The notes under the pieces are model-generated. The model saw only the letters and a list, made by a program, of their open reading frames with translations. It was not told where the DNA came from and ran no database searches. The position numbers and the translations under genes were made by a program. From Gloeobacterales cyanobacterium (GTDB taxonomy: Bacteria; Cyanobacteriota; Cyanobacteriia; Gloeobacterales; PMM-0068): DNA of 64,000 nucleotides. Of this stretch, positions 49,769 to 59,376 are shown one piece after another. Positions within the stretch are counted from its first letter, which is position 1; each line of letters starts with the position of its first letter. The stretch lies in assembly GCA_038245785.1 (NCBI GenBank), contig JBBRSB010000001.1, positions 32,001 to 96,000 of the forward strand, written 5' to 3'.

Positions 49769-50635
49769 CTACAGCCAATGACTAAGAATCATTCCTGCCA
49801 GTAGTAAAAAACCAATCTGAACATTTTCACTCAGCCCTTTAGGAAACAAAGCGGCACTGTTCGGCCCAATCAGCTGTAGATATTCTTTTAGCCAAAGGCC
49901 GAAGGCAACAAGTAGGGCCAGATAGAAAGGCCAGCTCAAACTCAACTGCCAACCCAAAGCGGCAAGCAAGAGCGTGGTGAGGAAGAAGAAGAGGCCAATG
50001 GCCTGAGGCGCGGCTTGGCCGAAGAAAATAGCACTAGAGTTAATGCCAACTTTGAGGTCGTCTTCCCGGTCAGAGAGAGCGTAAATCGTATCAAATCCCA
50101 AAGTCCAGAAAACAGTGGCCCCCCATAGCAGCCAAGCGGCAGGTTCCAAGCCTCCGGTAACGGAAGACCAACTAATCAGGGCAGCAAAGCCCCAAGCGAT
50201 AGAGAGGACCACTTGGGGAACGGGGAATACCCGTTTGGCTCCAGGATATAGGGCAATGACAGGAACAGCAGCGAGACAGAGCCCAAACGTAAAAGGGTTT
50301 AAGAAAAAGGCAAAACCGGCTGCACAAGCTAGAGAGGCTAAACCCGTGACAATCGCCACGTTTATGGTTAGCTCGCGGGAAGCCAAAGGTCTTTTGCGGG
50401 TGCGTTCCACCAAAGGGTCAATATCTTTGTCCCAAAGGTCATTGATCACACAGCCAGCGGCAGAAGTGGCAAAACTTCCCAAGACCATGATGCCGACCAG
50501 AGCAGGAGAGGGAGTACCTCTAGCGGCTAGAAATACGCCCCACAGGGCCGGAATCATCAGAATGAATCGTCCAGCAGGTTTATCCCATCTCAGTAAGCGA
50601 AAAACAGCATCTAGGGTTGTCGGGGTTTGAAGCAT
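49769..50635 (-). CDS. ubiA: 4-hydroxybenzoate solanesyl/polyprenyltransferase (UbiA family)
   Basis: LLRWDKP, GCVINDLWDKDID, RTRKRPL, DTIYALSDREDD. Confidence 0.93.
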   Translation of the reverse strand: MLQTPTTLDAVFRLLRWDKPAGRFILMIPALWGVFLAARGTPSPALVGIMVLGSFATSAAGCVINDLWDKDIDPLVERTRKRPLASRELTINVAIVTGLASLACAAGFAFFLNPFTFGLCLAAVPVIALYPGAKRVFPVPQVVLSIAWGFAALISWSSVTGGLEPAAWLLWGATVFWTLGFDTIYALSDREDDLKVGINSSAIFFGQAAPQAIGLFFFLTTLLLAALGWQLSLSWPFYLALLVAFGLWLKEYLQLIGPNSAALFPKGLSENVQIGFLLLAGMILSHWL

Positions 50636-50653
50636 AGGTTCGGCTTTTGACTA

Positions 50654-53137
50654 TCAAGAAGGCTGGATCGATACGTCCTGATTGGTTTTCATCAGCCATG
50701 CCATTGGAAAACCAACCACTGCTGGTTGGATAGTCATTTCTAGAGCATGGGGTAGGACATCTGCCAGAAATTCCACAGGCACCAATTCCAATTTTGCCTT
50801 CACTTCCTTGGGCAGTTCTTCCAAATCCCGAATATTTCCTATGGGGAAGAGGACTTTTTTAATCCCTGTACGAGCCGCTGCTAAGGTTTTTTCCTTAAGT
50901 CCGCCAATCATCAGGGCTCTGCCGCGTAGGGTGATTTCCCCAGTCATCGCAACGTCCCGCCGGACCGGATGTCCAGTGAGGGCGGAGATTAGGGCTGTAG
51001 CCATCGCTAGTCCGGCAGACGGACCATCTTTGGGCGTGGCTCCTTCGGGAATGTGGAAGTGGACATCCATTTCGCTGGGGAATTGGGTGGGGACCCCCAA
51101 GGCATCCCGATGGGCATGGATATAGCTAAAGGCCGCCTGAGCTGATTCTTTCATCACATCCCCAAGCTGGCCTGTGAGTTGGAGTTTGCCTTTTCCAGGC
51201 ATGACATTGACTTCTATTTGGAGCGTACAACCCCCAAAAGGAGTCCAGGCCAATCCCGTACAGACCCCTACTTGGTCTTTAGACATAATTTCATCCTGGA
51301 TGAACATGGGTTGCCCCAGATATTTCTCCAGATTTTGCTCCGTGACCACTACTTTTTGCTTAGGCGCTTTGAGGATTTGCCGAGCTGCTTTGCGACACAA
51401 GGCTCCAATCGTCCGCTCTAGGGTTCGTACGCCTGCCTCACGGGTGTATTCGCGCACAACACGCATCAGGGCCGGTTTCTGGATGATAAACCGGTCTTCT
51501 GTAAGGCCATGGCGACTGATTTGCTTGGGAATCAGGTGACGACGGGCAATCGCCTCTTTTTCCAATTCTGTATAGCTAGAGAGGGTCACTACTTCCATCC
51601 GGTCTAGAAGCGGACTGGGAATCGTGTCTATCGTATTGGCCGTACAGATGAAGAAAACTTCACTCAGGTCAAAGGGCAACTCGACAAAATGGTCACTGAA
51701 GTTGCTGTTTTGTTCTGGATCCAACACTTCTAGAAGGGCAGCAGCGGGATCTCCCTGCATTGAATATGAGAGTTTATCTACCTCATCGAGCAACATGACA
51801 GGATTCTTTTCACCCACGTCTTTCAACGCTTGGATAATCCGTCCTGGCAATGCTCCGATATAGGTACGGCGATGTCCCCGAATCTCGGCTTCATCTCGGA
51901 CGCCGCCTAAGCTGACTCGGACAAACTTACGATTCAATCCTCGGGCGATCGATTGAGCCAGCGAAGTTTTACCTACCCCTGGTGGACCGACCAAGCAAAG
52001 AATAGTCGGAGAGATCCTGGCCGGAGGCAATACTGGTTCTTTACTCTGCGGAGTCTCTGTGGATTGCAGCGTATTTTGCTGGAGCAACTGACGAACAGCT
52101 AAAAATTCTGTTATCCGCTCTTTGACCTTCTTCAACCCATGATGATCATTTTCGAGGATGCGTTCTGCCTCGTCCAAATCGAACGTTCCTTCTCCTCGCT
52201 TTTGCCAGGGTAAGCTGGCAATCCACTCTAGATAGTTACGCAATACGCCAGATTCAGGACTAACCGAAGGCAGTTTTTCTAAGCGTTTAAGCTCACGTTC
52301 CACCTTGGTTCTAGAGGCTTCTGATAAGCCAACTTGGTCTATGCGGATACGCAGCTCAGCATTCTCATCTAGCCCTTCACCCAATTCTTCTTGAATGATT
52401 TTCATCTGCTCACGCAGATAGTATTCTTTCTGAGCTTGCTCAATCTGTCCTCGCACTTTTTCGTGAATATTGAATTCCAGATTGAGAAGTTCCAACTGAC
52501 GATGCAAAAATTGACCGACTCTGGTCAAACGGCCATAGACACTGGTAGTTGAGAGCAGTTCTTGCTTTTGGGCTACATCAATTTGCAAGAACGAAGCCAA
52601 GAGGTCCGTGAGATGTTCGGGGTCTTCGATGCTCTTTACGGATTCAAAAGCCGATTCTGGCAGTTTTGGATGTCCTTGAACATAGCGACTGAAGTCTTCC
52701 AGCACAACTTTCTTGAGGGTCATCCATTCATCGACATCGGGGGTTTCTTCTTCCAGCAAAGGCGTGACAGAAACTTGATAAGAAGGGCTACGGCGGCGAA
52801 TTTTATCAATTTTGACCCGTTCGATCCCTTCTACCAGAACTTTGACAGAGCCATCGGGAAGCCGCATCATCTGATGGACTTGTACTAAAGTCCCTACCCG
52901 GTAAAGATCTTGGGCCTTGGGGTCCTCTACTTCGCTGTTCATCTGTGCTACCAGGACCAATTTTTCCTCATAGACGGTAACCGCTTCTTCTAGGGCCGCT
53001 AGAGAACGAGGCCGTCCAATCAGGAGCGGACACACCAGATGCGGAAAGACTACCGTGTCTCGCAAAGGCACCAGGGGATAGACATTAGCGGCTGGTGGAA
53101 GGGCCACAGACTTAACGGATTTAGTAGGCTTGGGCAC
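50654..53137 (-). CDS. lon: ATP-dependent protease La (LonA), full length
   Basis: LON N domain (PLVPLRDTVVFP), GPPGVGKT, RGHRRTYIGA, catalytic PKDGPSAG and GGLKEK. Confidence 0.97.
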   Translation of the reverse strand: MPKPTKSVKSVALPPAANVYPLVPLRDTVVFPHLVCPLLIGRPRSLAALEEAVTVYEEKLVLVAQMNSEVEDPKAQDLYRVGTLVQVHQMMRLPDGSVKVLVEGIERVKIDKIRRRSPSYQVSVTPLLEEETPDVDEWMTLKKVVLEDFSRYVQGHPKLPESAFESVKSIEDPEHLTDLLASFLQIDVAQKQELLSTTSVYGRLTRVGQFLHRQLELLNLEFNIHEKVRGQIEQAQKEYYLREQMKIIQEELGEGLDENAELRIRIDQVGLSEASRTKVERELKRLEKLPSVSPESGVLRNYLEWIASLPWQKRGEGTFDLDEAERILENDHHGLKKVKERITEFLAVRQLLQQNTLQSTETPQSKEPVLPPARISPTILCLVGPPGVGKTSLAQSIARGLNRKFVRVSLGGVRDEAEIRGHRRTYIGALPGRIIQALKDVGEKNPVMLLDEVDKLSYSMQGDPAAALLEVLDPEQNSNFSDHFVELPFDLSEVFFICTANTIDTIPSPLLDRMEVVTLSSYTELEKEAIARRHLIPKQISRHGLTEDRFIIQKPALMRVVREYTREAGVRTLERTIGALCRKAARQILKAPKQKVVVTEQNLEKYLGQPMFIQDEIMSKDQVGVCTGLAWTPFGGCTLQIEVNVMPGKGKLQLTGQLGDVMKESAQAAFSYIHAHRDALGVPTQFPSEMDVHFHIPEGATPKDGPSAGLAMATALISALTGHPVRRDVAMTGEITLRGRALMIGGLKEKTLAAARTGIKKVLFPIGNIRDLEELPKEVKAKLELVPVEFLADVLPHALEMTIQPAVVGFPMAWLMKTNQDVSIQPS

Positions 53138-53314
53138 GGATGACCTTTGTTCTGCTGACTAGATCTTCAGAGCAGACTCTTCCATTGTATTTTCTGCTTG
53201 CACATGAGACTTATCTTTTCCGTGAAGGGAACCAGTGGGAGAGGATTTCAGGAATTTTTCTTCTGCATGTTTCCCAGTCGCTTGCGCTCATACAAACAAC
53301 AGGAAATTCTTCTA

Positions 53315-53344
53315 TAGACAGACCTGTAATATGTGTTGTAGTAT
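53315..53344 (+). promoter_or_regulatory. Sigma70-type promoter overlapped by a direct repeat
   Basis: TAGACA (53315-53320), 18 bp, TAGTAT (53339-53344); TGTAATAT 53325-53332 and TGTAGTAT 53337-53344. Confidence 0.6.
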
Positions 53345-53377
53345 CTGCACATCTCTATATTTCGGCCCCAATTTTCC

Positions 53378-53569
53378 ATGAGTGTCACTTTAGCCATAGG
53401 AACTTTCTCTCTCTGCGCCTGGCATCCAGCAACGATGCTGACTGGAGATTTTTTGGCATTTGGTTATGGGCTCAGCGGTCTAAATATTTCGCAGATTTCA
53501 GAAAGAGATTTTATTAGCAACCGAGAGAAAGAACCAGTGAAAGTGGAGGGATGGTCACGATGCAGGTGA
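53378..53569 (+). CDS. Putative leader peptide (uORF) of the HNH operon
   Basis: 63 codons, begins about 30 nt after the predicted -10, stops 34 nt before a strong terminator. Confidence 0.55.
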   Translation: MSVTLAIGTFSLCAWHPATMLTGDFLAFGYGLSGLNISQISERDFISNREKEPVKVEGWSRCR

Positions 53570-53603
53570 CCCCAAGCTAAATCAAGAAGACTAAAGACTT
53601 TTT

Positions 53604-53642
53604 GACCCCCCGCTTCTCAGAACTGAAGAGGGGGGTCTTTTT
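53604..53642 (+). terminator. Intrinsic terminator (attenuator) directly upstream of the HNH gene
   Basis: GACCCCCC-G-CTTC-loop-GAAG-A-GGGGGGTC followed by TTTTT. Confidence 0.85.
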
Positions 53643-54191
53643 ATGGCTAATCGAGGAGTGCAGGAGATGAATGACATACAGCAAGGCGCAAGACGGTTGG
53701 TAATAGTTTTCTCTACCAACTATCTACCTTTGAGCCGGATCGATATCCGTAGAGCGATCATTCTCTTGGTTTCTGGTAAGGCGCAGGACTTGGATTATGG
53801 GCAAGGCAGGGGCTGGACGGTGCGTTCTGCCAGGGCTAATTTTTATGTCCCTGAGCACATTCGGCTTCTTTCTCGCGCTGGTGAGCGTTTATGGAAGGTG
53901 CCTGCGGTCAATCGCAGGGAAGTCTTCCGTCGAGACATGCATAGCTGCCAGTACTGCGGTTCCAAGCACAATCTGACCCTGGACCATGTTTTTCCTCGCT
54001 CTCGGGGCGGCACCCACACCTGGAACAACGTAGTCACCGCCTGCTCTACCTGTAACCAGTTCAAAAGTGACCGCACCCCTGAAGAAGCAGGCATGGTGCT
54101 TCCTAAAAAGCTCACGGCCCCCATGCACCCAGCGGTCGCTTTTGCCGACCAGTTCTGGCAAGAGCAGCAAGCAGCCATGTCTAACGTTTAA
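53643..54191 (+). CDS. HNH endonuclease
   Basis: VFSTNYLP, RREVFRRD, CQYCG, TLDHVFPRSRGG, WNNVVTACSTCN; real start may be 53658 or 53667. Confidence 0.93.
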   Translation: MANRGVQEMNDIQQGARRLVIVFSTNYLPLSRIDIRRAIILLVSGKAQDLDYGQGRGWTVRSARANFYVPEHIRLLSRAGERLWKVPAVNRREVFRRDMHSCQYCGSKHNLTLDHVFPRSRGGTHTWNNVVTACSTCNQFKSDRTPEEAGMVLPKKLTAPMHPAVAFADQFWQEQQAAMSNV

Positions 54192-54206
54192 GCCCCATCG
54201 CGTGAG

Positions 54207-54581
54207 GTGAAACCCATGTTGAAAATCGTTTACACCGCCGATAGCATCACGGTCACCTGCTTGGCTGGTCGCTTGGAGCGTATCGTGGCGCAACGGTCTG
54301 TTCTTTCTGTGCGGCTAGGTGAATCTTTCCATATTCAGCAAGGCATTGCTACGCTTTTGCTCCCTTTGGATCTTGCGGGCATTGAAGAGCTAGGAGCTGA
54401 GTTGAACCCTTATCCGGTGGACGCTGAATTTTTAGAAGTCTCTTTGCCAGGAATCTGGTTAACCCAGGACCTTGAGGCTCAAGCAGGCGTGTTCTTGTCT
54501 GTACTACAACCAACAACGGAAGTAGTGCTGAATACGCTCTGGCAAAAGGCCCAGCTATTGGCAGCTTCTTCACGTTTCTAG
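54207..54581 (+). CDS. alr0857-family cyanobacterial protein
   Basis: MLKIVYT..LERIVAQRSVLSVRLG..LLLP..EVSLPGIW..GVF; ATG 54216 is a likely start. Confidence 0.7.
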   Translation: MKPMLKIVYTADSITVTCLAGRLERIVAQRSVLSVRLGESFHIQQGIATLLLPLDLAGIEELGAELNPYPVDAEFLEVSLPGIWLTQDLEAQAGVFLSVLQPTTEVVLNTLWQKAQLLAASSRF

Positions 54582-54629
54582 AAGCCAAAGGGTAAGTCAC
54601 AATAGAACCTAGTGCATAAGGCAATAAAA

Positions 54630-55298
54630 ATGGTCAGCACAGCGAAACGGATTGAGGCTAGCCCTTTCGGCGAAAGACGAGTGACGATTCATCACCTAAA
54701 TTGGCAAGCCTATCAGCAAATTTTGACAGCTCTTCCCGAAACCCGCGCTACTCGCCTCACCTACGATCATGGAACGCTGGAGATCAGTATGCCGTTGGAA
54801 GATCATGAATTTGCCGTCCGTCTGATTGAACTTTTCATTCGGATTCTGGTGGTGGAAATGGGCTTGAAGCTCAAAACCATGGGATCTACAACGCTTGATC
54901 GCGAAGATTTACAGCGAGGATCAGAACCCGATAATGCCTACTACATCCAAAATCAGCCCAAAGTTGCTGGTCGCAATGTTGACATTACTCAAGACCCACC
55001 GCCTGACTTAATTGTTGAGGTGGATATCACTCATACAGACATTAATAAAAATGCTCTCTACGCCAGCATGGGTGTTCCTGAGTTTTGGCGATTCAATGGA
55101 CAAACGTGGCGAATTTTCAAATTAATGGAAAAAAGATACGAGGAAGTTGACCATAGCCCAACTTTTTCCTGGGTAGAAAAGGTGCAGCTTTATAATTTTT
55201 TGGAACAAGCTCAGCTTGATGAAGTTGAAGCAGAAATAAGCTTTCGTAATCAAGTTAGACAATGGTTAGCAAATCAGACAAAACAAACAGATAGCTAA
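54630..55298 (+). CDS. Uma2 family endonuclease
   Basis: RLTYDHGTLEI, GSTTLDRED, EPDNAYY, PDLIVEVD, GVPEFW. Confidence 0.92.
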   Translation: MVSTAKRIEASPFGERRVTIHHLNWQAYQQILTALPETRATRLTYDHGTLEISMPLEDHEFAVRLIELFIRILVVEMGLKLKTMGSTTLDREDLQRGSEPDNAYYIQNQPKVAGRNVDITQDPPPDLIVEVDITHTDINKNALYASMGVPEFWRFNGQTWRIFKLMEKRYEEVDHSPTFSWVEKVQLYNFLEQAQLDEVEAEISFRNQVRQWLANQTKQTDS

Positions 55299-55590
55299 AG
55301 AACGTCGAAGGATGCTCGAACAGTCGCTGCTTCTCTGGTGATTTCCATAGTTCCTTCTTAACTGACTGGACCCCACGGTTAGCTGCTACTTCGAGACAAT
55401 TTTTTGGTGGTCTGAATTTATCGGCATAATAAAAGCATCCTTCAATGCCGTTAAACCGCCGTTAAATGTTAATTCCCTTTGAGCCCAGATTTACGATTAC
55501 ACCCAGGGTAGCCAACGCATCTTAGTCTCAGAAAAACTGATCCAAACCCTCCACGCGCTGGTAATGGCTGGTGGACGGACGCTTGCAACC

Positions 55591-55617
55591 TCAAAAGCAA
55601 TCAAGGAGGAGCTTCAC
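55591..55617 (-). pseudogene. VapC/PIN toxin remnant
   Basis: GTG AAG CTC CTC CTT GAT TGC TTT TGA = MKLLLDCF*, GTGA-overlapping the antitoxin stop. Confidence 0.55.
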
Positions 55618-55853
55618 TGGAGAACTTCCCAGGCGCTTTCAGGGAGAACGGGAGCGACCACATCGCCTAGGATTTCACCTGTGTCTTTCATAAATCCAAA
55701 GGCGGGACGTTGTGGGCGAGCCGCAGACTCAGACTGGGGGGAAGTGTCTTTTTTCATGTCGTTTTTTAACGATTTCAGGATCGTTTCAATGATGGTGATT
55801 CGCTCCTCAATCGAGACATTTTGCAGCTTTTCAAGGGTTTCTGAGTCAATCAT
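55614..55853 (-). CDS. Putative orphan antitoxin
   Basis: AGGAG before ATG 55853; C-terminus FGFMKDTGEILGDVVAPVLPESAWEVL is typical of VapC-binding antitoxin tails. Confidence 0.65.
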   Translation of the reverse strand: MIDSETLEKLQNVSIEERITIIETILKSLKNDMKKDTSPQSESAARPQRPAFGFMKDTGEILGDVVAPVLPESAWEVLQ

Positions 55854-55944
55854 GTCTTTGCTCCTGAGTCGAATCACTCAATTCATGCCTCAATTCTAGT
55901 CTTTATCGTGGTTCTGACGGGAGCACCGCTAAGTCAATCAAGCC

Positions 55945-58011
55945 TCAAACCTCCATCCCTAAGGTCTTCACCAAAAAAGCCCAGCGGTCAGCAGCTTCTT
56001 CAATCACCTTAGTTGTAGGTTTTCCTGCTCCATGACCCGCCTTCGTCTCAATGCGAATCAGGACAGGAGCTTCGCCCTGATGAGTTTCCTGAAGGGCCGC
56101 AGCGAACTTAAAACTATGGGCTGGTACTACACGGTCGTCATGGTCTGCAGTGGTAACGAGGGTTGCAGGATAAGCCGTGCCTGGTTTTAGGTTATGTAAA
56201 GGAGAGTAAGCGTAGAGCGCCTTGAATTCTTCTGCATCATCCGAAGAACCATAGTCCGCCACCCAAGCCCAGCCAATCGTGAACTTCTGGAAGCGCAGCA
56301 TATCCATAACGCCAACAGCCGGTAAGGCAGCGCAGAATAAATCGGGCCGTTGGGTCATGCAGGCTCCAACCAAAAGACCACCATTGCTTCCTCCTCCGAT
56401 AGCAAGCTTGGTCGGGGAAGTGTATTGATGGGCAATCAGCCATTCTGCAGCTGCAATAAAGTCATCAAAAACGTTTTGCTTCTTGAGCTTTACCCCCGCC
56501 TGGTGCCAATCTTCGCCATATTCACCGCCACCCCGCAGATTCGGAAGGGCATAGACTCCACCCATTTCCATCCAAACCAAACTACTTACAGAAAAACCCG
56601 GCGTCATCGAAGCATTAAAGCCTCCATAGCCATAGAGATAGGTCGGATTATTTCCATCTAGCTTCAAGCCCTTTTTATGGGTGATAAACATCGGTACTTT
56701 AGTCCCATCTTTGCTCTTATAAAAGACTTGTTTGGTCTCATAAGCGTTGGGGTCAAAATCTACGTTTGGTTGTCGGAAGATAGTGCTTGTTCCACTCACC
56801 ATGTCATAGCGATAAATGGCATTGGGTGTAGTAAAACCAGTGAAACTATAAAAGGTTTCTGTATCCGCTCTTTTACCTCCAAAGCCACCTGCAGAGCCCA
56901 GCCCCGGCAATAGAACTTCTCGTACAAAAGAGCCATCTAGATTAAAAATCTTGATTTGGGTATGGGCATCTTTTAGATAGGAAGCGACAAACTGATGATT
57001 TAAAACACCAATCCCGCCTAGGGTCTCTGCCGCTTGCGGAATAATTTCTCGCCAGTTTTTTTGGCTAGGGTTACTAATATCAAGGGCAATGGCACGACCA
57101 CGGGGTGCCTCTAAGTCTGTCTGAAACCAAAATACAGTCCCCTCATGGTCAATAAAACTGTAATTGGCTTCAAAGCGATTAATCAGTTCTACAACAGGGG
57201 CATCAGTCATGGATAAATCTTTGTAGAAAACTAAGTTCTTGGAGTCTGTCCCTTTCCAAACTGAAATGATTAAATAGGTTCCATCTTCCGTGACATCACC
57301 ACTAAAGCCCCACTCTTTCTGATCAGGACGTTCATAAACTAAGATATCTTCAGACTGGAGAGTGCCTAAATGATGATAAAAGAGCTTCTGAAAATAGTTA
57401 GCATCTTGTAGTTTGGTGGTTTCGTTGGGTTCGTCGTAGCGGCTATAGAAAAACCCTTTACTATCTTGGGTCCAGGAAGCTCCGGAGAACTTACTCCACT
57501 TCAGATAATCCGCTAAGTCTCGGCCTGATTCCACTTCCCGCACCTTCCATTCTTGCCAATCAGAACCGGAAGTGGATAAGCTGTAGGCCAAAAATTTTCC
57601 ATTCTCGCTAATCGACAGGCCCGCAAGTGCTACCGTTCCATCTTCGGAGAGGGTGTTCGGGTCTAGTAGTACGGTCGGTTCACCCTCCAGATTGGTCAGC
57701 GTGTAAAGGACACTCTGGTTTTGCAGTCCGTCATTTTTGAAGTAGAAATAGCGCTCACCCTTTTTAAAAGGCACCCCATACTTCTCATAATCCCAAAGTT
57801 GGGTCAGACGCTCTTTGATGCGTTCACGGGCAGGAATGGCTTCAAGATAGGCGAAAGTGACTTTATTCTCCGCTTCTACCCAGGCTTTAGTCTCTTCTGA
57901 ATCCGGGTCTTCCAGCCAACGGTATGGGTCCGATACTGGAGTTCCATGATAATCATCGACATGTTCAACTTTGGCGGCTTGTGGATAGACCAGCGGGAGA
58001 TCAGGGTTCAT
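55945..58011 (-). CDS. Prolyl oligopeptidase (S9A)
   Basis: DPYRWLED, GGSNGGLL, DHDDRV, AGHGAG. Confidence 0.96.
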   Translation of the reverse strand: MNPDLPLVYPQAAKVEHVDDYHGTPVSDPYRWLEDPDSEETKAWVEAENKVTFAYLEAIPARERIKERLTQLWDYEKYGVPFKKGERYFYFKNDGLQNQSVLYTLTNLEGEPTVLLDPNTLSEDGTVALAGLSISENGKFLAYSLSTSGSDWQEWKVREVESGRDLADYLKWSKFSGASWTQDSKGFFYSRYDEPNETTKLQDANYFQKLFYHHLGTLQSEDILVYERPDQKEWGFSGDVTEDGTYLIISVWKGTDSKNLVFYKDLSMTDAPVVELINRFEANYSFIDHEGTVFWFQTDLEAPRGRAIALDISNPSQKNWREIIPQAAETLGGIGVLNHQFVASYLKDAHTQIKIFNLDGSFVREVLLPGLGSAGGFGGKRADTETFYSFTGFTTPNAIYRYDMVSGTSTIFRQPNVDFDPNAYETKQVFYKSKDGTKVPMFITHKKGLKLDGNNPTYLYGYGGFNASMTPGFSVSSLVWMEMGGVYALPNLRGGGEYGEDWHQAGVKLKKQNVFDDFIAAAEWLIAHQYTSPTKLAIGGGSNGGLLVGACMTQRPDLFCAALPAVGVMDMLRFQKFTIGWAWVADYGSSDDAEEFKALYAYSPLHNLKPGTAYPATLVTTADHDDRVVPAHSFKFAAALQETHQGEAPVLIRIETKAGHGAGKPTTKVIEEAADRWAFLVKTLGMEV

Positions 58012-58122
58012 GGATACCGAAAAATGCAGCAGGCACTTCTTAAGGCTATCGTCCGAACGCTGATCTAGCCAACTTCCACTGCTACAATGACGGGCCGAAG
58101 CTTAGTTGCCTGTGGATTAATC

Positions 58123-58920
58123 ATGGCTGGACACAGTAAATGGGCGAATATCAAGCGCCAGAAAGCACGGGTGGACTCCGCGCGAGGCAGGGTCTTCACC
58201 AAAGTTTCCCGTGAGATCATTGTGGCGGCTCGTAGTGGAGAGGCAGACCCAGCCGCCAATTTTCAACTGCGGACCGCCATCGAAAAAGCAAAAGCAGCAG
58301 GGATTCCTAATGACAACATCGAGCGCTCGATTGCTAAAGGCAGCGGCACGTTTGGCGGAAATGATGCCTTGGAAGCGATTCGCTATGAAGGCTATGGTCC
58401 TGGGGGCGTCGCCGTGTTGATTGAAGCCTTGACCGATAATCGCAACCGGACGGCGGCTGACCTGCGTTCGGCCTTTGGTAAGAATGGGGGCAACTTGGGA
58501 GAAACGGGCTGTGTCGGTTGGATGTTTGAGAAAAAAGGAGTGGCCGTCGTCTATGCGCCCTTAGATGCCAAGGGCCGAAGTCAGGAGTTGGATGAAGCGG
58601 CACTCCTAGAAGAGGTCCTTGAAGCAGACGCCGAATCCTATGAGCTCTTTGAAGATGAAGACGCCGATGCCATGGGAGCCGAAGTATTCACCACCGTCGA
58701 GCATCTGGAAGCCCTTTCACAAGTCCTCAGTGCCCAGGGCTACCGCGTCACCAGTGAAGAACGTTGGATTGCCAATAATCAAGTGAGTGTCATGGACCCA
58801 GAGCAAGCTCGATTGCTCCTGCGGCTAATGGATACGCTGGAAGAGCTAGATGATATTCAGAGCGTTACCGCTAATTTTGAGATGGCGGATGATCTTATGG
58901 CTTTGAGCATGAACGGATAA
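58123..58920 (+). CDS. yebC: YebC/PmpR family protein
   Basis: MAGHSKWANIK, YEGYGPGG, TDNRNRT. Confidence 0.96.
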   Translation: MAGHSKWANIKRQKARVDSARGRVFTKVSREIIVAARSGEADPAANFQLRTAIEKAKAAGIPNDNIERSIAKGSGTFGGNDALEAIRYEGYGPGGVAVLIEALTDNRNRTAADLRSAFGKNGGNLGETGCVGWMFEKKGVAVVYAPLDAKGRSQELDEAALLEEVLEADAESYELFEDEDADAMGAEVFTTVEHLEALSQVLSAQGYRVTSEERWIANNQVSVMDPEQARLLLRLMDTLEELDDIQSVTANFEMADDLMALSMNG

Positions 58921-58965
58921 CTTTTTAAGTTCCACAAACGATAGAAAGAGCTAAACTTCACATCT

Positions 58966-59376
58966 ATGAACATTCCTATTCAACAGATTGCCGTCGCCGT
59001 GATCGTGCATCAAGGCAAAATTTTGATTGACCAGCGCCCTCCAGGGGGCGTTTTAGCAGGACTGTGGGAATTTCCAGGAGGCAAAATTGAAGCCTCCGAA
59101 ACCGCAGAGCAGTGTGCAGTGCGAGAAGCCCGAGAAGAAGTTGGGCTGACGATTAAGACAGAAGCCTTTATTGCGGCCGTAGAACACGACTATGGCGACA
59201 AAATAGTTCAGCTACAGGCCTATTTGTGTCGCGTTCTCAGCGGAGAAGCCCAAGCCCTAGAATGCAGTGCAGTGCGCTGGATTCTCCCTGAAGAACTAGA
59301 GAAATATCCATTTCCACCCCTAAATGCCCAGCTCATTAAACCAATTCGTCTAACGCTTAATGCTCTAAAATCCTAG
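58966..59376 (+). CDS. mutT: MutT-like Nudix hydrolase
   Basis: WEFPGGKIEASETAEQCAVREAREEVG Nudix box. Confidence 0.88.
   Translation: MNIPIQQIAVAVIVHQGKILIDQRPPGGVLAGLWEFPGGKIEASETAEQCAVREAREEVGLTIKTEAFIAAVEHDYGDKIVQLQAYLCRVLSGEAQALECSAVRWILPEELEKYPFPPLNAQLIKPIRLTLNALKS

Noticed and set aside
50115..52888. Several long plus-strand ORFs opposite ubiA and lon
   Set aside because: Antisense shadows of well-supported genes
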